From Candidatus Sericytochromatia bacterium (GTDB taxonomy: Bacteria; Cyanobacteriota; Sericytochromatia; S15B-MN24; JAQBPE01), in contig JAYKHR010000166.1 of assembly GCA_035285125.1 (NCBI GenBank), forward strand, positions 1-25,946: 25,946 nt of DNA, read 5' to 3'. Numbering within the stretch: the first letter of the stretch is position 1; every line of letters starts with the position of its first letter. Positions 10,916 through 20,484 of the stretch are shown piece after piece. The notes below the pieces were generated by a model that was given only the letters and a program-made list of their open reading frames with translations, had not been told where the DNA came from and did not search any database. The position numbers and the translations under genes are program-made.

Positions 10916-12397
10916 GTGGGCCGCACGCTCTGGGCAGTGGCCCTCTGGGGGAGCCTGACGCTACCCGCGGGGGCCGCCCCCGTCATCGTGGGGGCCGTCT
11001 CGATCGACGCCGACAGGCTGATCCTCGATGAGGGCACGGGGAGGCTGGAGGCCGAGGGCCACGTGGTCATCGCCCGGGGAGACCTGCGGGTTCAGGCTCG
11101 CAAGCTCGTCTACGACAGGCGGCGGGGCACCGGGCGCCTCGAGGGTCCCCTCAAGGCCCTTGGACTGCAGTTCGAGCTCGAGGCCCAGGGTGCGGAGTTC
11201 CATACAGGGGAGGGCTGGGCGGACCTGCTCGCCTTCAAGGGACGCTGGGCCGACCGCGGAAGGTTCTGGGGCCGACGCCTGCGTCTCAGCGAGTCGCTGA
11301 TCGAGCTGGAGGCAGCCAGCGCAGCGGCCTGCACCCACGACGAGCCCGACCTGTTGCTGGAGGCCCGCCGCTTCGCCTTCGATCCCCGCACCCGGGAGGC
11401 CAACCTGGTGATGCAGGGGCTCTCGCTGAGGGCCTCGGTCGCCACCTTGCTGTCGGTGCCAGAGTGGCGCGCCCGGCTGGACGACAGCCACCACGCCGGC
11501 TTCGATGGGTGGGTTTTGCCATCCCTGGGCTTCGACGCCTATCAGGGCTGGCTCTCGGGCACGCGACTGCCCTTCAACTTGGGGCCAGGGTCCACCGGGT
11601 CGCTGGAGTTCCTCGCCACCACGGGGCGCGGCCTGGCCTCGGGGCTTCAGCACGCGCTTCGGCTGGGCCCCGGGGAGGTCAGCAACGCCGTCCGCTACGA
11701 GACGCCTTGGGCCACGGGGCAGGGCGGCCTGAGGGCCCTCAACCGCTACACGTGGCGGGGTGAGGTGGGGGGCCACCTGGAGCTGGCGGGAGACTACCGT
11801 GCCAACCTCAACGAGACGGCCGTCCACCGACTGCCCGAGCTCACGGCTACCAGCCCTACGCTCACCCTGTCGAACTGGCTCAGCCTCACGCCCGAGGTGC
11901 GGGCCGGATACCTCTGGGAGGAGCTCAGTGCAGTTCGGACGCTGCGAGGGCGCGTGGCGGCCTCTTGCACGACGGGCACGTGGGAGCCTCTGCCGGGCTG
12001 GCGCACCTGGGGCGTCGCTGCGCCCTGGGCAGCCCATTACACGGAGCACGGCCACTTCACCGGCGTGCAGGCGGCCTGGCATGCCCGAGAACAGCTCAGC
12101 GCGGACACCAGCGTGACGCAGATGCTGGAAACGTTGCGCACCTCAGGCGCCACGCCCATGATCCACGACCGGCTGATCGCGGCAGACCGCTTGCGTCTGG
12201 GGCTGGAGCACCGCTGGCACCCGCGCGTGAGCACCCGCGTCGAGGGCGTCTGGAGCCGGATGCTGAACGAGGGCCCCTGGCTGCCGGAGGATGCGCTGCT
12301 GGTGGGCACATACCGCTGGAACTGCTTCGCGCTGGACGTGACGCTGCGCCCGCTCGTGGGCGGGTTCGACACGCGCTTCCGCCTCCTGGAAAACTAG
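10916..12397 (+). CDS. lptD: LptD-like outer-membrane LPS assembly protein
   Basis: GTG 10916 gives a signal peptide (..LPAGA-AP). OstA-like jellyroll (IDADRL...LEAEGHVVI...VQARKLVYD), C-x4-P-x-L-x-L-x-A segment, then alternating beta strands. Confidence 0.7.
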   Translation: MGRTLWAVALWGSLTLPAGAAPVIVGAVSIDADRLILDEGTGRLEAEGHVVIARGDLRVQARKLVYDRRRGTGRLEGPLKALGLQFELEAQGAEFHTGEGWADLLAFKGRWADRGRFWGRRLRLSESLIELEAASAAACTHDEPDLLLEARRFAFDPRTREANLVMQGLSLRASVATLLSVPEWRARLDDSHHAGFDGWVLPSLGFDAYQGWLSGTRLPFNLGPGSTGSLEFLATTGRGLASGLQHALRLGPGEVSNAVRYETPWATGQGGLRALNRYTWRGEVGGHLELAGDYRANLNETAVHRLPELTATSPTLTLSNWLSLTPEVRAGYLWEELSAVRTLRGRVAASCTTGTWEPLPGWRTWGVAAPWAAHYTEHGHFTGVQAAWHAREQLSADTSVTQMLETLRTSGATPMIHDRLIAADRLRLGLEHRWHPRVSTRVEGVWSRMLNEGPWLPEDALLVGTYRWNCFALDVTLRPLVGGFDTRFRLLEN

Positions 12398-13521
12398 GGG
12401 GCGAACACGTCTGCCGGCCGGTCGTGCCGGACGCCGAGGAAGTGCCGGCAGGCCTCGACGATGCGGCCACACGCCCGACCATCCCCATAGGGGTTCACGG
12501 CGCGTGCCATCCTGTCGTAGGCGCCTGCATCGTCGAGGAGCCGGCTGGCCGTCGTGAAGATGACGTCCTCATCCACACCCACCAGTTCCACCGTGCCAGC
12601 TGCGATGGCCTCGGGACGCTCCGTGGTAGTGCGCATGACGAGCACAGGCTTGCCGAGAGACGGGGCCTCTTCCTGCACCCCGCCGCTGTCCGTGAGGATC
12701 AGCGTGGAGTCGCGCATGGCCGCCACGAAGGGCGCATAGTCGAGGGGCTCGACCATGGTGATGCGCGGGTGATCCCCGAGGATTGCCTGCGCCGTCTCCC
12801 GCACCACCGGGTTCCGGTGGATGGGGAACAGGACGCGGACATCGGCGTAAGCCTCCGCCAGCCGCCGGACGGCCCGGCAGATGTTGGCCATCGGTTCACC
12901 CCAGTTCTCGCGTCGGTGCGCCGTCACAAGGACCTGGCGCCCACCGGCTCCGGGCGCAGCAGGCAGCTTCGCAGCCGTGGCGAGCAGCGCATCGATGACG
13001 GTGTTGCCCGTCCGAAAGATGCTGTCAGGCGCGACGTTCTCGGCCAGGAGTTGCGCCTCGGAGGTGGCGGTGGGGGCGAAGTGGAGGCTTACCAACTGGG
13101 TCGTGAGGCGCCGGTTCATCTCCTCCGGGTAGGGGTTGTAACGGTCCGGCGTCCGAAGGCCCGCCTCGACGTGCCCGACGGGGATCTGCCGGTAAAAGGC
13201 CGCCAGACTCGCGGCGAAGGTGGTGGTGGTGTCCCCGTGAACCAGTACCAGCGAGGGCTTGCGTTCATCGAGCACGGGCCCGAGGTGGGTGAGCACGCGG
13301 GCGGTGATGTCTGTCAGGGTCTGGCCGGCCTTCATCAGGTCGAGATCGTGGTCCGGCACCAGGCCGAACAGGTCCAGCACCTGGTCGAGCATCTCCCGGT
13401 GCTGGGCCGTCACCACCAGGGCCGTGTCCAGGTCCGGGCAGGCCTTGAGCGCCAGCACCAGCGGGGCCATCTTGACCGCCTCCGGACGGGTGCCGAACAC
13501 GGTCATCACCAGTGGTTTCAT
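12394..13521 (-). CDS. wecB: UDP-N-acetylglucosamine 2-epimerase (non-hydrolysing)
   Basis: VFGTRPEAVKMAP, HVEAGLR, PEEMNR, TDSGGVQEEAP, NPYGDG. Confidence 0.97.
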   Translation of the reverse strand: MKPLVMTVFGTRPEAVKMAPLVLALKACPDLDTALVVTAQHREMLDQVLDLFGLVPDHDLDLMKAGQTLTDITARVLTHLGPVLDERKPSLVLVHGDTTTTFAASLAAFYRQIPVGHVEAGLRTPDRYNPYPEEMNRRLTTQLVSLHFAPTATSEAQLLAENVAPDSIFRTGNTVIDALLATAAKLPAAPGAGGRQVLVTAHRRENWGEPMANICRAVRRLAEAYADVRVLFPIHRNPVVRETAQAILGDHPRITMVEPLDYAPFVAAMRDSTLILTDSGGVQEEAPSLGKPVLVMRTTTERPEAIAAGTVELVGVDEDVIFTTASRLLDDAGAYDRMARAVNPYGDGRACGRIVEACRHFLGVRHDRPADVFAP

Positions 13522-14564
13522 GGTTCCTCGGTCGTGACTTTCGGGGAGCGGACGAAGTGGCTTGAAAAAGCCCAGATGAGGATGCCGCAGCCGGTGAGAA
13601 TGCCCGCGACGCCTTCATAGAAGCCGAGCAAGACCAGAGCAGTGCCACCCAGCAGGAGGCAGAAGGCGTAAATGACCACCACCGCGCGACGCTGCGAGAA
13701 GCCGAGCCCGAGCAGGCGGTGGTGCAGGTGGCCCCTGTCAGGAGAGAAGATGGGCCGCCGCTGCAGCGCCCGCCGGACGATGGCGAAGGCAGTGTCGAAG
13801 ATGGGCACGCCCAAAATCAGCACCGGCACGAGAACGGCAGCCGTCGCCGCCACCTTGAGCAGGCCGACGACGGAAATGGCCGCGAGCGTGAAGCCGAGGA
13901 AGAGGCTGCCTGAGTCTCCCATAAAGATCTTGGCGGGGTTCCAGTTGTAACGCAGGAACCCGACGGTGGAGCCCACGAGGGCCAGCGCCAGCAGGGCCAA
14001 CGCGGGCTGCTTCGTCTGAAGCGCAATGACGGCCGTGGTGCTTGCGGCGATGAGGCTCACGCCCCCCGCGAGGCCATCCAAGCCGTCAATGAGGTTGACG
14101 GTGTTGGTGATGCCCACGAGCCAGAAGACCGTAAGCCCCATCGAGACCCACATCGGCAAGATCATGACCCCGCCCGCCGGGTTGCTGAGCACCTCGATGC
14201 GGACGCCCAGCCAGAACGCCACGGCAGCGGCGAAAATCTGCACGACGAGTTTGAACCGAGCGGGCAAGGGCTTGAGGTCGTCCGCGATGCCGAGCATAAA
14301 AATCATCGCGGCCCCCACCAGGAGGCCCATGAAGGGCCCCGTGCGGGGAAACACGGGCCCGGGCTCAAGCAACTCGATCGCCGCCACGGCCACCAGGAAG
14401 CCCGCAAAGATGGCGATGCCCCCGAGGCGAGGGATGGGGACGGTGTGAACCTTGCGAGCGTCCGGGGTATCGACGCGCCCGAAGTGGTGGGCCAGGCGCG
14501 TCACCCACGGAATGAGCAGGTCCGTCGCCAGCCACGCCACCAGCAGCGTCAGCAGAAAGGGCAT
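13518..14564 (-). CDS. wecA: Undecaprenyl-phosphate GlcNAc-1-phosphate transferase (WecA/TagO, MraY family)
   Basis: RKVH..PIPRLGG, GIADD, NLIDGLDGL, IFMGDSGS, DRGHLHH. Start set at ATG 14564 (MPFLL), downstream of a promoter. Confidence 0.93.
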   Translation of the reverse strand: MPFLLTLLVAWLATDLLIPWVTRLAHHFGRVDTPDARKVHTVPIPRLGGIAIFAGFLVAVAAIELLEPGPVFPRTGPFMGLLVGAAMIFMLGIADDLKPLPARFKLVVQIFAAAVAFWLGVRIEVLSNPAGGVMILPMWVSMGLTVFWLVGITNTVNLIDGLDGLAGGVSLIAASTTAVIALQTKQPALALLALALVGSTVGFLRYNWNPAKIFMGDSGSLFLGFTLAAISVVGLLKVAATAAVLVPVLILGVPIFDTAFAIVRRALQRRPIFSPDRGHLHHRLLGLGFSQRRAVVVIYAFCLLLGGTALVLLGFYEGVAGILTGCGILIWAFSSHFVRSPKVTTEEP

Positions 14565-14615
14565 CGCGTGGTCGCGCAACGAAGCTATCCTCGGAAGCCG
14601 GAAGGGGCCGGGTTG

Positions 14616-14644
14616 AGCGTAACACACGCCTTCTGACCGCTCAA
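14616..14644 (-). promoter_or_regulatory. sigma70-type internal promoter for wecA-wecB
   Basis: TTGAGC (14644-14639), 17 nt, TGn-TACGCT (14621-14616). Confidence 0.55.
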
Positions 14645-14666
14645 GTGCGGGCAGCACGCCGCGGTC

Positions 14667-15128
14667 TCAGGCTGGCGGTGCAGCCTCCAGGGGCGGCACG
14701 TGCACGAGCGTCACGCCCGCGGCCTCGAGGAAGTCGAGGCTGACGGGGTCCGGGTAGCCCTCCGTCCACACCACCCGGCGGATCCCCGAGGTGATGATAG
14801 CCTTGGCGCAGTTGAGGCAGGGCTGAGCCGTCACGTAGATGGTGGCTCCCTCCGTGCGGTGCCCGAAGCGCGCCGCCGTGAGGATCGCGTTCTGCTCGGC
14901 GTGGGTGGCGCGCTGACAGGAGGGGCGGCCGTCGACCTCGCGCAGCAAGTGGCCGACCTCGTCACAATGCGGCAGGCCGGGTGGGGAGCCGTTGTATCCC
15001 GTCGCAATGGGGTGGTTGTCCCGCACGATGACGGCCCCGACGTACTTGCGATCGCACGTCGCGCGCTCCGCGCACACCGCGGCCATCTTCAGGAAGTAGG
15101 TGTCCCAGTCGGGACGCCGGCGGCTCAC
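14667..15128 (-). CDS. dCMP deaminase (ComEB family)
   Basis: [25 protein letters not shown] and PCLNC Zn motifs. GTG 15128 overlaps the glyA TGA. Confidence 0.93.
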   Translation of the reverse strand: MSRRRPDWDTYFLKMAAVCAERATCDRKYVGAVIVRDNHPIATGYNGSPPGLPHCDEVGHLLREVDGRPSCQRATHAEQNAILTAARFGHRTEGATIYVTAQPCLNCAKAIITSGIRRVVWTEGYPDPVSLDFLEAAGVTLVHVPPLEAAPPA

Positions 15129-16405
15129 CAGGCCACCTGCGCGGTTGCGGCAGGCGGGTAGAGGGGGTGAGCCTCGCAAAGCTCCGCCACCGTGCGCCGG
15201 GCCGCCTCGGAGGCAGCCTCCGTGCCCTGCTCCCGGAGCAGCCGCGCGATCGCGGCAGCCACCTGCCGGCACGCAGCCTCGTCGAAGCCCCGCGTGGTGA
15301 TCGCCGGCGTGCCGATGCGGATGCCGCTGGTCACGAAGGGGCTTTGCGGGTCGTTTGGGATGGTGTTCTTGTTGACGGTCATGCCCACGGCCCCGAGCAG
15401 GGCGTCTGCCTGCTTGCCCGTGAGGCCCACGCCCCGCAAATCGAGCAGCATCAGGTGGTTGTCGGTGCCCCCCGAGACGATGCGGATTCCCTCGGTCTGG
15501 AAGGTCTCGGCCATGGCCCGCGCGTTGGCAATCACCTGCTGCTGATAGACCTTGAACGAAGGCTGCAGGGCCTCGTGGAAAGCGACGGCCTTGGCCGCGA
15601 TCACGTGCATCAGCGGCCCACCCTGCAGGCCCGGAAACACGGCCTTGTCGATGGCCTTGGCGTGTTCCTCTCCGCACATCACAATGCCGCCGCGCGGCCC
15701 CCGCAGCGTCTTGTGCGTGGTGGTGGTGGTGAAGTGGGCCTGGCCGACGGGGGTCGGGTGCAACCCGGCCGCCACGAGCCCCGCAATGTGGGCGATGTCG
15801 GCCATCAGGAGCGCGCCCACCTCGTCGGCCACGGCCCGGAAGGCGGCAAAATCGATGACGCGGGAGTAGGCCGAGGCGCCGCAGATGATGAGCTTGGGGC
15901 GGTGCTGCCGGGCCAGTTCGCGCAGGCCATCGTAGTCGAGGCGCTCGGTCTCGGGGTTCACGCCATACTGTACGACGTTGTACTGCAGCCCCGAGAAGTT
16001 GACGGGGCTGCCGTGGGTGAGGTGCCCACCGTGCGCGAGATTCATCCCGAGGATCGTGTCGCCTGGCTGAAGCATCGAGAGAAAGACCGCCATGTTGGCC
16101 TGCGCCCCCGAGTGGGGCTGCACGTTGACGTGGGGCGTGCCGAAGAGCCTTCGGGCCCGGTCGATGGCGAGATTTTCCACCGTGTCGACGTGCTCGCAGC
16201 CCCCGTAGTAGCGCTTGCCGGGAAGGCCCTCGGCGTACTTGTTCGTCAGCACGGAGCCCTGGGCCGCCATGACAGCCTGGCTCGTGAAGTTCTCGGAGGC
16301 GATCAACTCGAGATGGTGCGATTGACGGCCCACCTCGGCCGCGATCGCCGCTGCGACCTCAGGATCGCCGGCCTGCAGGGCGTGAAGGGGGGTGGGCTGC
16401 ATCAT
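15125..16405 (-). CDS. glyA: Serine hydroxymethyltransferase
   Basis: [41 protein letters not shown] (PLP lysine). Confidence 0.99.
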   Translation of the reverse strand: MMQPTPLHALQAGDPEVAAAIAAEVGRQSHHLELIASENFTSQAVMAAQGSVLTNKYAEGLPGKRYYGGCEHVDTVENLAIDRARRLFGTPHVNVQPHSGAQANMAVFLSMLQPGDTILGMNLAHGGHLTHGSPVNFSGLQYNVVQYGVNPETERLDYDGLRELARQHRPKLIICGASAYSRVIDFAAFRAVADEVGALLMADIAHIAGLVAAGLHPTPVGQAHFTTTTTHKTLRGPRGGIVMCGEEHAKAIDKAVFPGLQGGPLMHVIAAKAVAFHEALQPSFKVYQQQVIANARAMAETFQTEGIRIVSGGTDNHLMLLDLRGVGLTGKQADALLGAVGMTVNKNTIPNDPQSPFVTSGIRIGTPAITTRGFDEAACRQVAAAIARLLREQGTEAASEAARRTVAELCEAHPLYPPAATAQVAW

Positions 16406-16434
16406 CGGGTCCTCTCCTGGCTCGCGGCCGGCCG

Positions 16435-16878
16435 TCAGCGGCCGTGCTCGATCTCGGCGATCTGGGCGACGCGCAAGGCGTGACGCCCATCGGTGGCGTG
16501 GTTAGTCTCCAGGAAGGCCCGGACACACTCCCAGGCCATCTCAGGGCCGATGAGGCGCTCACCGAGGCAGATCACGTTCACGTCGTTGTGCTCCCGGCAG
16601 AGCCTCGCCGAGACAGGCTCACCGATGGTGGCGGCACGCACGCCGGCCACCTTGTTAGCGGCGATCGCCACCCCGATGCCTGAGCCGCAAACCAGCACGC
16701 CTCGGGCGGCCTGACCTTCCGCCACGGCACGCCCCACGGCCTCCGAGGCGTGGGGGTAGTCGGAGCGTTCGGCGCTGCCGCCGAGGTCCAGCACGTCGTG
16801 GCCCGCTGACGCGAGCCGGGTGGCGAGGTCGTCTTTCAGCCGGTGGCCGGCGTGGTCGCTGGCGATCGCGATGATCAC
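16435..16878 (-). CDS. rpiB: Ribose-5-phosphate isomerase B
   Basis: [46 protein letters not shown] 16878 follows GAAGGA. Confidence 0.96.
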   Translation of the reverse strand: MIIAIASDHAGHRLKDDLATRLASAGHDVLDLGGSAERSDYPHASEAVGRAVAEGQAARGVLVCGSGIGVAIAANKVAGVRAATIGEPVSARLCREHNDVNVICLGERLIGPEMAWECVRAFLETNHATDGRHALRVAQIAEIEHGR

Positions 16879-17032
16879 GCGGGGTCCTTCCATTCCGGAG
16901 GCGGGCAGCGGCCCGCCCGGGGCGCAACGCGCGTCATCATAGCCCGCCAGCAAGGCCCCTGGCCACCCGCCCCAGGTGTCGCGGACCAGACGAAGGGGAA
17001 CAAGCGCAGGTGTCAGCCAGCGAGGCCACCCG

Positions 17033-17590
17033 GTGCACCGACCCTTCTTTTGCATGGCGTCCTCGATGTCGCTCCTCGTTGCGGCCGGGCCCGCAGCTCA
17101 GGCCAGGGTCGCCTCCCCGGATGCCCAGCTCGCCCCCCGCAGTGCCGGGGCGGCAGAGGCCGTGAGGGCGCAGGCGCTACGCTGGGGGCCTGGCGTCGAT
17201 CTGCGCAAGGCGCTGCAAGCGTGGGCCCGAGAGCACGGCGGTGCCTGGGCCATCACCACCGTCGTGGGAAGTCTCGCCCGGGCCAGCGTGCGCTGCGCCG
17301 GGAAGGAGGCCTACAGCGACTGGCCGGGGCCGCTGGAGATTGTCTCGCTGACGGGCACCCTGGCTGCCGAGGGGTGCCACCTGCACGTGGCGCTGGCGGA
17401 CAGCGCAGGCACCACGCGCGGCGGACACCTCGGGGACGGGGCGATTGTGCTCACGACGGCCGAGGTGGTGCTCGTGGAACTCGTCGGGTTGGGCTTCGCG
17501 CGGGTGCTCGACTCGTGCACCGGCTACCGCGAGCTCACGATCGAGCCGCGCCCGCCGGGACGTCCCCCGCAGCCGGGCAGCGGGCACTGA
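17033..17590 (+). CDS. PPC/DUF296 domain protein
   Basis: ALRWGPGVDL, VGSL, LEIVSLTGTL, HLHVALAD, GGHL, TTAEV. Start uncertain (GTG 17033, ATG 17054 or later). Confidence 0.88.
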   Translation: MHRPFFCMASSMSLLVAAGPAAQARVASPDAQLAPRSAGAAEAVRAQALRWGPGVDLRKALQAWAREHGGAWAITTVVGSLARASVRCAGKEAYSDWPGPLEIVSLTGTLAAEGCHLHVALADSAGTTRGGHLGDGAIVLTTAEVVLVELVGLGFARVLDSCTGYRELTIEPRPPGRPPQPGSGH

Positions 17591-17766
17591 AGCCTCGCGG
17601 CCGGCTTCCCGCCCCCCGTGAAGTGATGGCCGCCGACGCGGTGCAGCCCCGAGCCGGGACCACATCCTCGCGTGCCGCGCGCAAGGGCGAGGCGTGGCCC
17701 GTTGACACGACCCAAACGGCTCTGAGCAGGTACTGAGTGGGCGTCGGTGGCCGGCCACGTGGGAAC

Positions 17767-17803
17767 AAAAAAAGCCCCGCGACTGGTGAACAGTCTCGGG
17801 GCT
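17767..17803 (-). terminator. Intrinsic terminator after tRNA-Leu
   Basis: AGCCCCGAGACTG-TTCAC-CAGTCGCGGGGCT followed by a T run. Confidence 0.85.
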
Positions 17804-17807
17804 CGAG

Positions 17808-17888
17808 TGCGCAGAGTGGGACTTGAACCCACACGCCTCGCGGCGCTAGTACCTGAAACTAGTGCGTCTGCCATTCCGCCACCTGCGC
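17808..17888 (-). tRNA. tRNA-Leu, anticodon CAG; 3' CCA not encoded
   Basis: Acceptor GCGCAGG/TCTGCGC + A; anticodon arm CTAGT-TTCAGGT-ACTAG; variable arm CGCC-GCGA-GGCG; T arm GTGGG-TTCAAGT-CCCAC. Confidence 0.97.
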
Positions 17889-17902
17889 AGGCAACTCTCT
17901 GA

Positions 17903-17931
17903 AAGATAGCGGAACTTGCCCAGCCTGTAAA
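17903..17931 (-). promoter_or_regulatory. sigma70-type promoter of tRNA-Leu
   Basis: TTTACA (17931-17926), 17 nt, TATCTT (17908-17903). Confidence 0.65.
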
Positions 17932-18193
17932 GGGGCCAACAGATCGGAGCCCCCCGGTGCACCGCGCGGGCTCAGGGCTGTCTCCACCCGCCTCGCCCGC
18001 GTTTCCCCCGCCAACGCCCCGCGAGCCCGGCCCTTTGCCCGGTTCGCCCGGATGCTCAATGAGGCAGGGCCCGGCCGCCGCCCCTGCCAACTTTTAAACC
18101 ATAAACAATCATCACTTAACCAAATTTCCGTCAGTCCCCCCTCCCCCCTCCCGATAAGGACCTCGACGACGACGTGCACCTGGAGGCCCAGCC

Positions 18194-18883
18194 ATGCCCA
18201 TGCTTTCCCGCGCCACCCTGGTCCTTGCCGTGACTGCCTCGATGGCGCTCAGCGCCTGCGGCAAACCGGCCGTGAGCATCCCCGCGCCTGCCGGCCTCAG
18301 CCGCGCGGCCACCACCCCCATGGCCCAGGCCGCGGATGCGGAGCGCCGCCAGGAGGACGAGCCAGGCTGGCGTTCGACCCAGGGTTCCCGGGAAGACCTC
18401 GGCCACTTTTTCAAGGTCGATGACCAGCTGTTCCGCGGCCAGCAGCCCTCGGACAAGGGACTGAGCCAGCTCAGGGAGATGGGCGTCAAGCACGTCGTCT
18501 ACCTTCACTTCAACCGGAAGCAGGCCGCCCATGAGAAGGCCGTGGTGGAGGGCCTGGGTATGAAGTTTACGCACCTCCCGATGAGCTGGCTCCTGCCACC
18601 CAAGCAGGTCCAGATCGAGACGTGGCTGAAAGTGGCCCTCGATCCCGCGCAAGGCCCCGTCTTCGTGCACTGCCAGCACGGCCGGGACCGCACGGGCACC
18701 ATGGTGGCCATCTACCGCATCGCCCACGACGGGTGGAAGTTCGATCAAGCCTACGCAGAGATGAAGGAAAAGGGCTTCAGGACCTTCTTCCTCGGGCTGA
18801 GCTACGGGGTGAAGCAGTATGCGAAGGCGCACGGAACGCCAGAAGCCAAGTTCACGGAGGCCGAGCTGGCGTTCGGTCGCTGA
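18194..18883 (+). CDS. Lipoprotein Cys-based (PTP/dual-specificity-like) phosphatase
   Basis: Lipobox LSA-C; LFRGQQP; P-loop VFVHCQHGRDRTG (HCx5R); RBS GGAGG. Confidence 0.9.
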   Translation: MPMLSRATLVLAVTASMALSACGKPAVSIPAPAGLSRAATTPMAQAADAERRQEDEPGWRSTQGSREDLGHFFKVDDQLFRGQQPSDKGLSQLREMGVKHVVYLHFNRKQAAHEKAVVEGLGMKFTHLPMSWLLPPKQVQIETWLKVALDPAQGPVFVHCQHGRDRTGTMVAIYRIAHDGWKFDQAYAEMKEKGFRTFFLGLSYGVKQYAKAHGTPEAKFTEAELAFGR

Positions 18884-18944
18884 GGACGACCCGGGCACGC
18901 AGCCCCCGCGTGGCGGCCCCACCTCTTTCGCCGTAGGCATCCGC

Positions 18945-19598
18945 GTGGTGGCTGCGCTCGTGCTCAGCGTGGCCGCTCTGTCTGCGCTGTCTGGCGTGTC
19001 TCGGGCCAGCCACCCAGCGGGGGCTGCTCCGCCCGCCATCCCCGCGGCGCATCGGGGCGAGGCATACCTCGGCGGCGGCTGCTTCTGGTGCATGGAAGCC
19101 GCCTTCGAGCGCCTGGACGGCGTCGGCGACGTCACGTCGGGGTACGCCGGCGGACATGTGGCTGGCCCCAGCTACGAGGCTGTCTGCACCGGCACCACGG
19201 GGCACGCCGAGGTGGTCCGCGTGCCGTTCGACCGTCGGAAATGGTCCTACGGTGACGTGCTGCGTGCCTTCCTCGCCATCCACGACCCGACCACGCGGGA
19301 TCGCCAGGGCGCCGACGTCGGCGCCCAGTATCGCTCGATCGTGCTGACACGCAGCGCCGAGGAGGCGCGCGAGGCCAACCGGGTGCTGGCGGAGGCGAAA
19401 CCCGCCTTCCCCGCGCCCATCACGACCGAGGTGGTCTCGCTGACGCGCTTTTGGCCGGCGGAGGCCTACCACCAGGACTACTTCCGAAGGAACCCCGAGG
19501 CGCCCTACTGCGTGTCCGTGGTCGCGCCGAAGGTCAGAAAGCTGGAACAGGCCTACAAAAGCCGCCTCAAGCCAGGGGCTGCGGCCCCCGGTCAGTAG
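18945..19598 (+). CDS. msrA: Peptide methionine sulfoxide reductase MsrA with a signal-like N-terminus
   Basis: GGGCFWCME, SGYAGG, TGHAE, HDPT, QYRS, AEAYHQDY, PYC. Start uncertain; GTG 18945 chosen. Confidence 0.93.
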   Translation: MVAALVLSVAALSALSGVSRASHPAGAAPPAIPAAHRGEAYLGGGCFWCMEAAFERLDGVGDVTSGYAGGHVAGPSYEAVCTGTTGHAEVVRVPFDRRKWSYGDVLRAFLAIHDPTTRDRQGADVGAQYRSIVLTRSAEEAREANRVLAEAKPAFPAPITTEVVSLTRFWPAEAYHQDYFRRNPEAPYCVSVVAPKVRKLEQAYKSRLKPGAAAPGQ

Positions 19599-20458
19599 GT
19601 GTCCACCAGCCAGCGCCGGGCCTTGACGAGCTCTGGCTTCAGGCCCGAGAAGGTGAGGCCGTGCGGCGCCAGCAACGCCTCGCAGGCAGCTTCTACGCCC
19701 GTTTCCATGCCCTTGAGGCCGCACTGATACACGTGAAGCCGCTGCTCGCGCAGCAGCGGGGCAAGGGTGTCTCCAAGCTCGACGAGGCGGTCGCCCACAT
19801 ACATCCGGCCACCCGCTGCGTTCGTCTGCTCGCGGGAGATCGCCAGCAAGAGCTGGTCCTCCGGGCCCGTCAGCAGGCCGCGGAGCTCGTCCGCATATAG
19901 CAGGTCCGCCGTGGTGCGCACCCCGAACACCAGGATCGCTGGCGTCGCCGGGCCCGTCCGCGCCCGCTGGCGCAGGAACCCACGAAACGGCGCGATGCCT
20001 GTCCCGGTGGCGATCAGCAGCAGAGGCCCGACAGGCTCCGCTGGCATCATGAAGTGCCTGCCGAAGGGCCCACACACCCGGACCTTGTCTCCTGGCTGTG
20101 CATCGTTGAGGTGGTTGGAGCAGACGCCTCGCACGGTCTCGCCGGCCTCGTCCGCATACACCACCCGTTTGACCGTCAGGCTGACCGTCCGATCGTCTCC
20201 GTCATCCCCCCCCCGAGGCGAGGCAATCGAGTACTGACGCAGCCTGTGCGGCTTCCCCGCGGCATCCTGACCGGGGGGGATGACGCCCAGCGCCTGGCCG
20301 TCGAGGTAACGCAGGCCGCTGCCCGAGAGGTCGAGCACGACGTGGCGGACATCATCGGCGCTGTCAGGCGTCAGGTCGCGGTTCTCGAGCACCGTGGCCT
20401 CAAAGGGCGCGCTCGGCTTCACGAGGTTCAAGGGGGGCTCGAGCGTGGGGTGGCTCAT
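19592..20458 (-). CDS. petH: Ferredoxin-NADP+ reductase, plastidic/PetH type, no CpcD domain
   Basis: RQYSIAS, GVCSN, GPFG, IATGTGIAPF, CGLKGM and C-terminal Tyr (WLVDTY); RBS GGAGG. Confidence 0.88.
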   Translation of the reverse strand: MSHPTLEPPLNLVKPSAPFEATVLENRDLTPDSADDVRHVVLDLSGSGLRYLDGQALGVIPPGQDAAGKPHRLRQYSIASPRGGDDGDDRTVSLTVKRVVYADEAGETVRGVCSNHLNDAQPGDKVRVCGPFGRHFMMPAEPVGPLLLIATGTGIAPFRGFLRQRARTGPATPAILVFGVRTTADLLYADELRGLLTGPEDQLLLAISREQTNAAGGRMYVGDRLVELGDTLAPLLREQRLHVYQCGLKGMETGVEAACEALLAPHGLTFSGLKPELVKARRWLVDTY

Positions 20459-20484
20459 GGGGCATCCTCCGGCGGCGGGGACCT

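Noticed and set aside
14667..15128. Deaminase as an anti-phage dCTP deaminase
   Set aside because: Short single-domain ComEB-type protein with no kinase-like domain, coupled to glyA in a housekeeping cluster.
17767..17931. Genomic island at tRNA-Leu
   Set aside because: No integrase, no duplicated tRNA 3' end seen, an intact terminator, and housekeeping genes on the 3' side.
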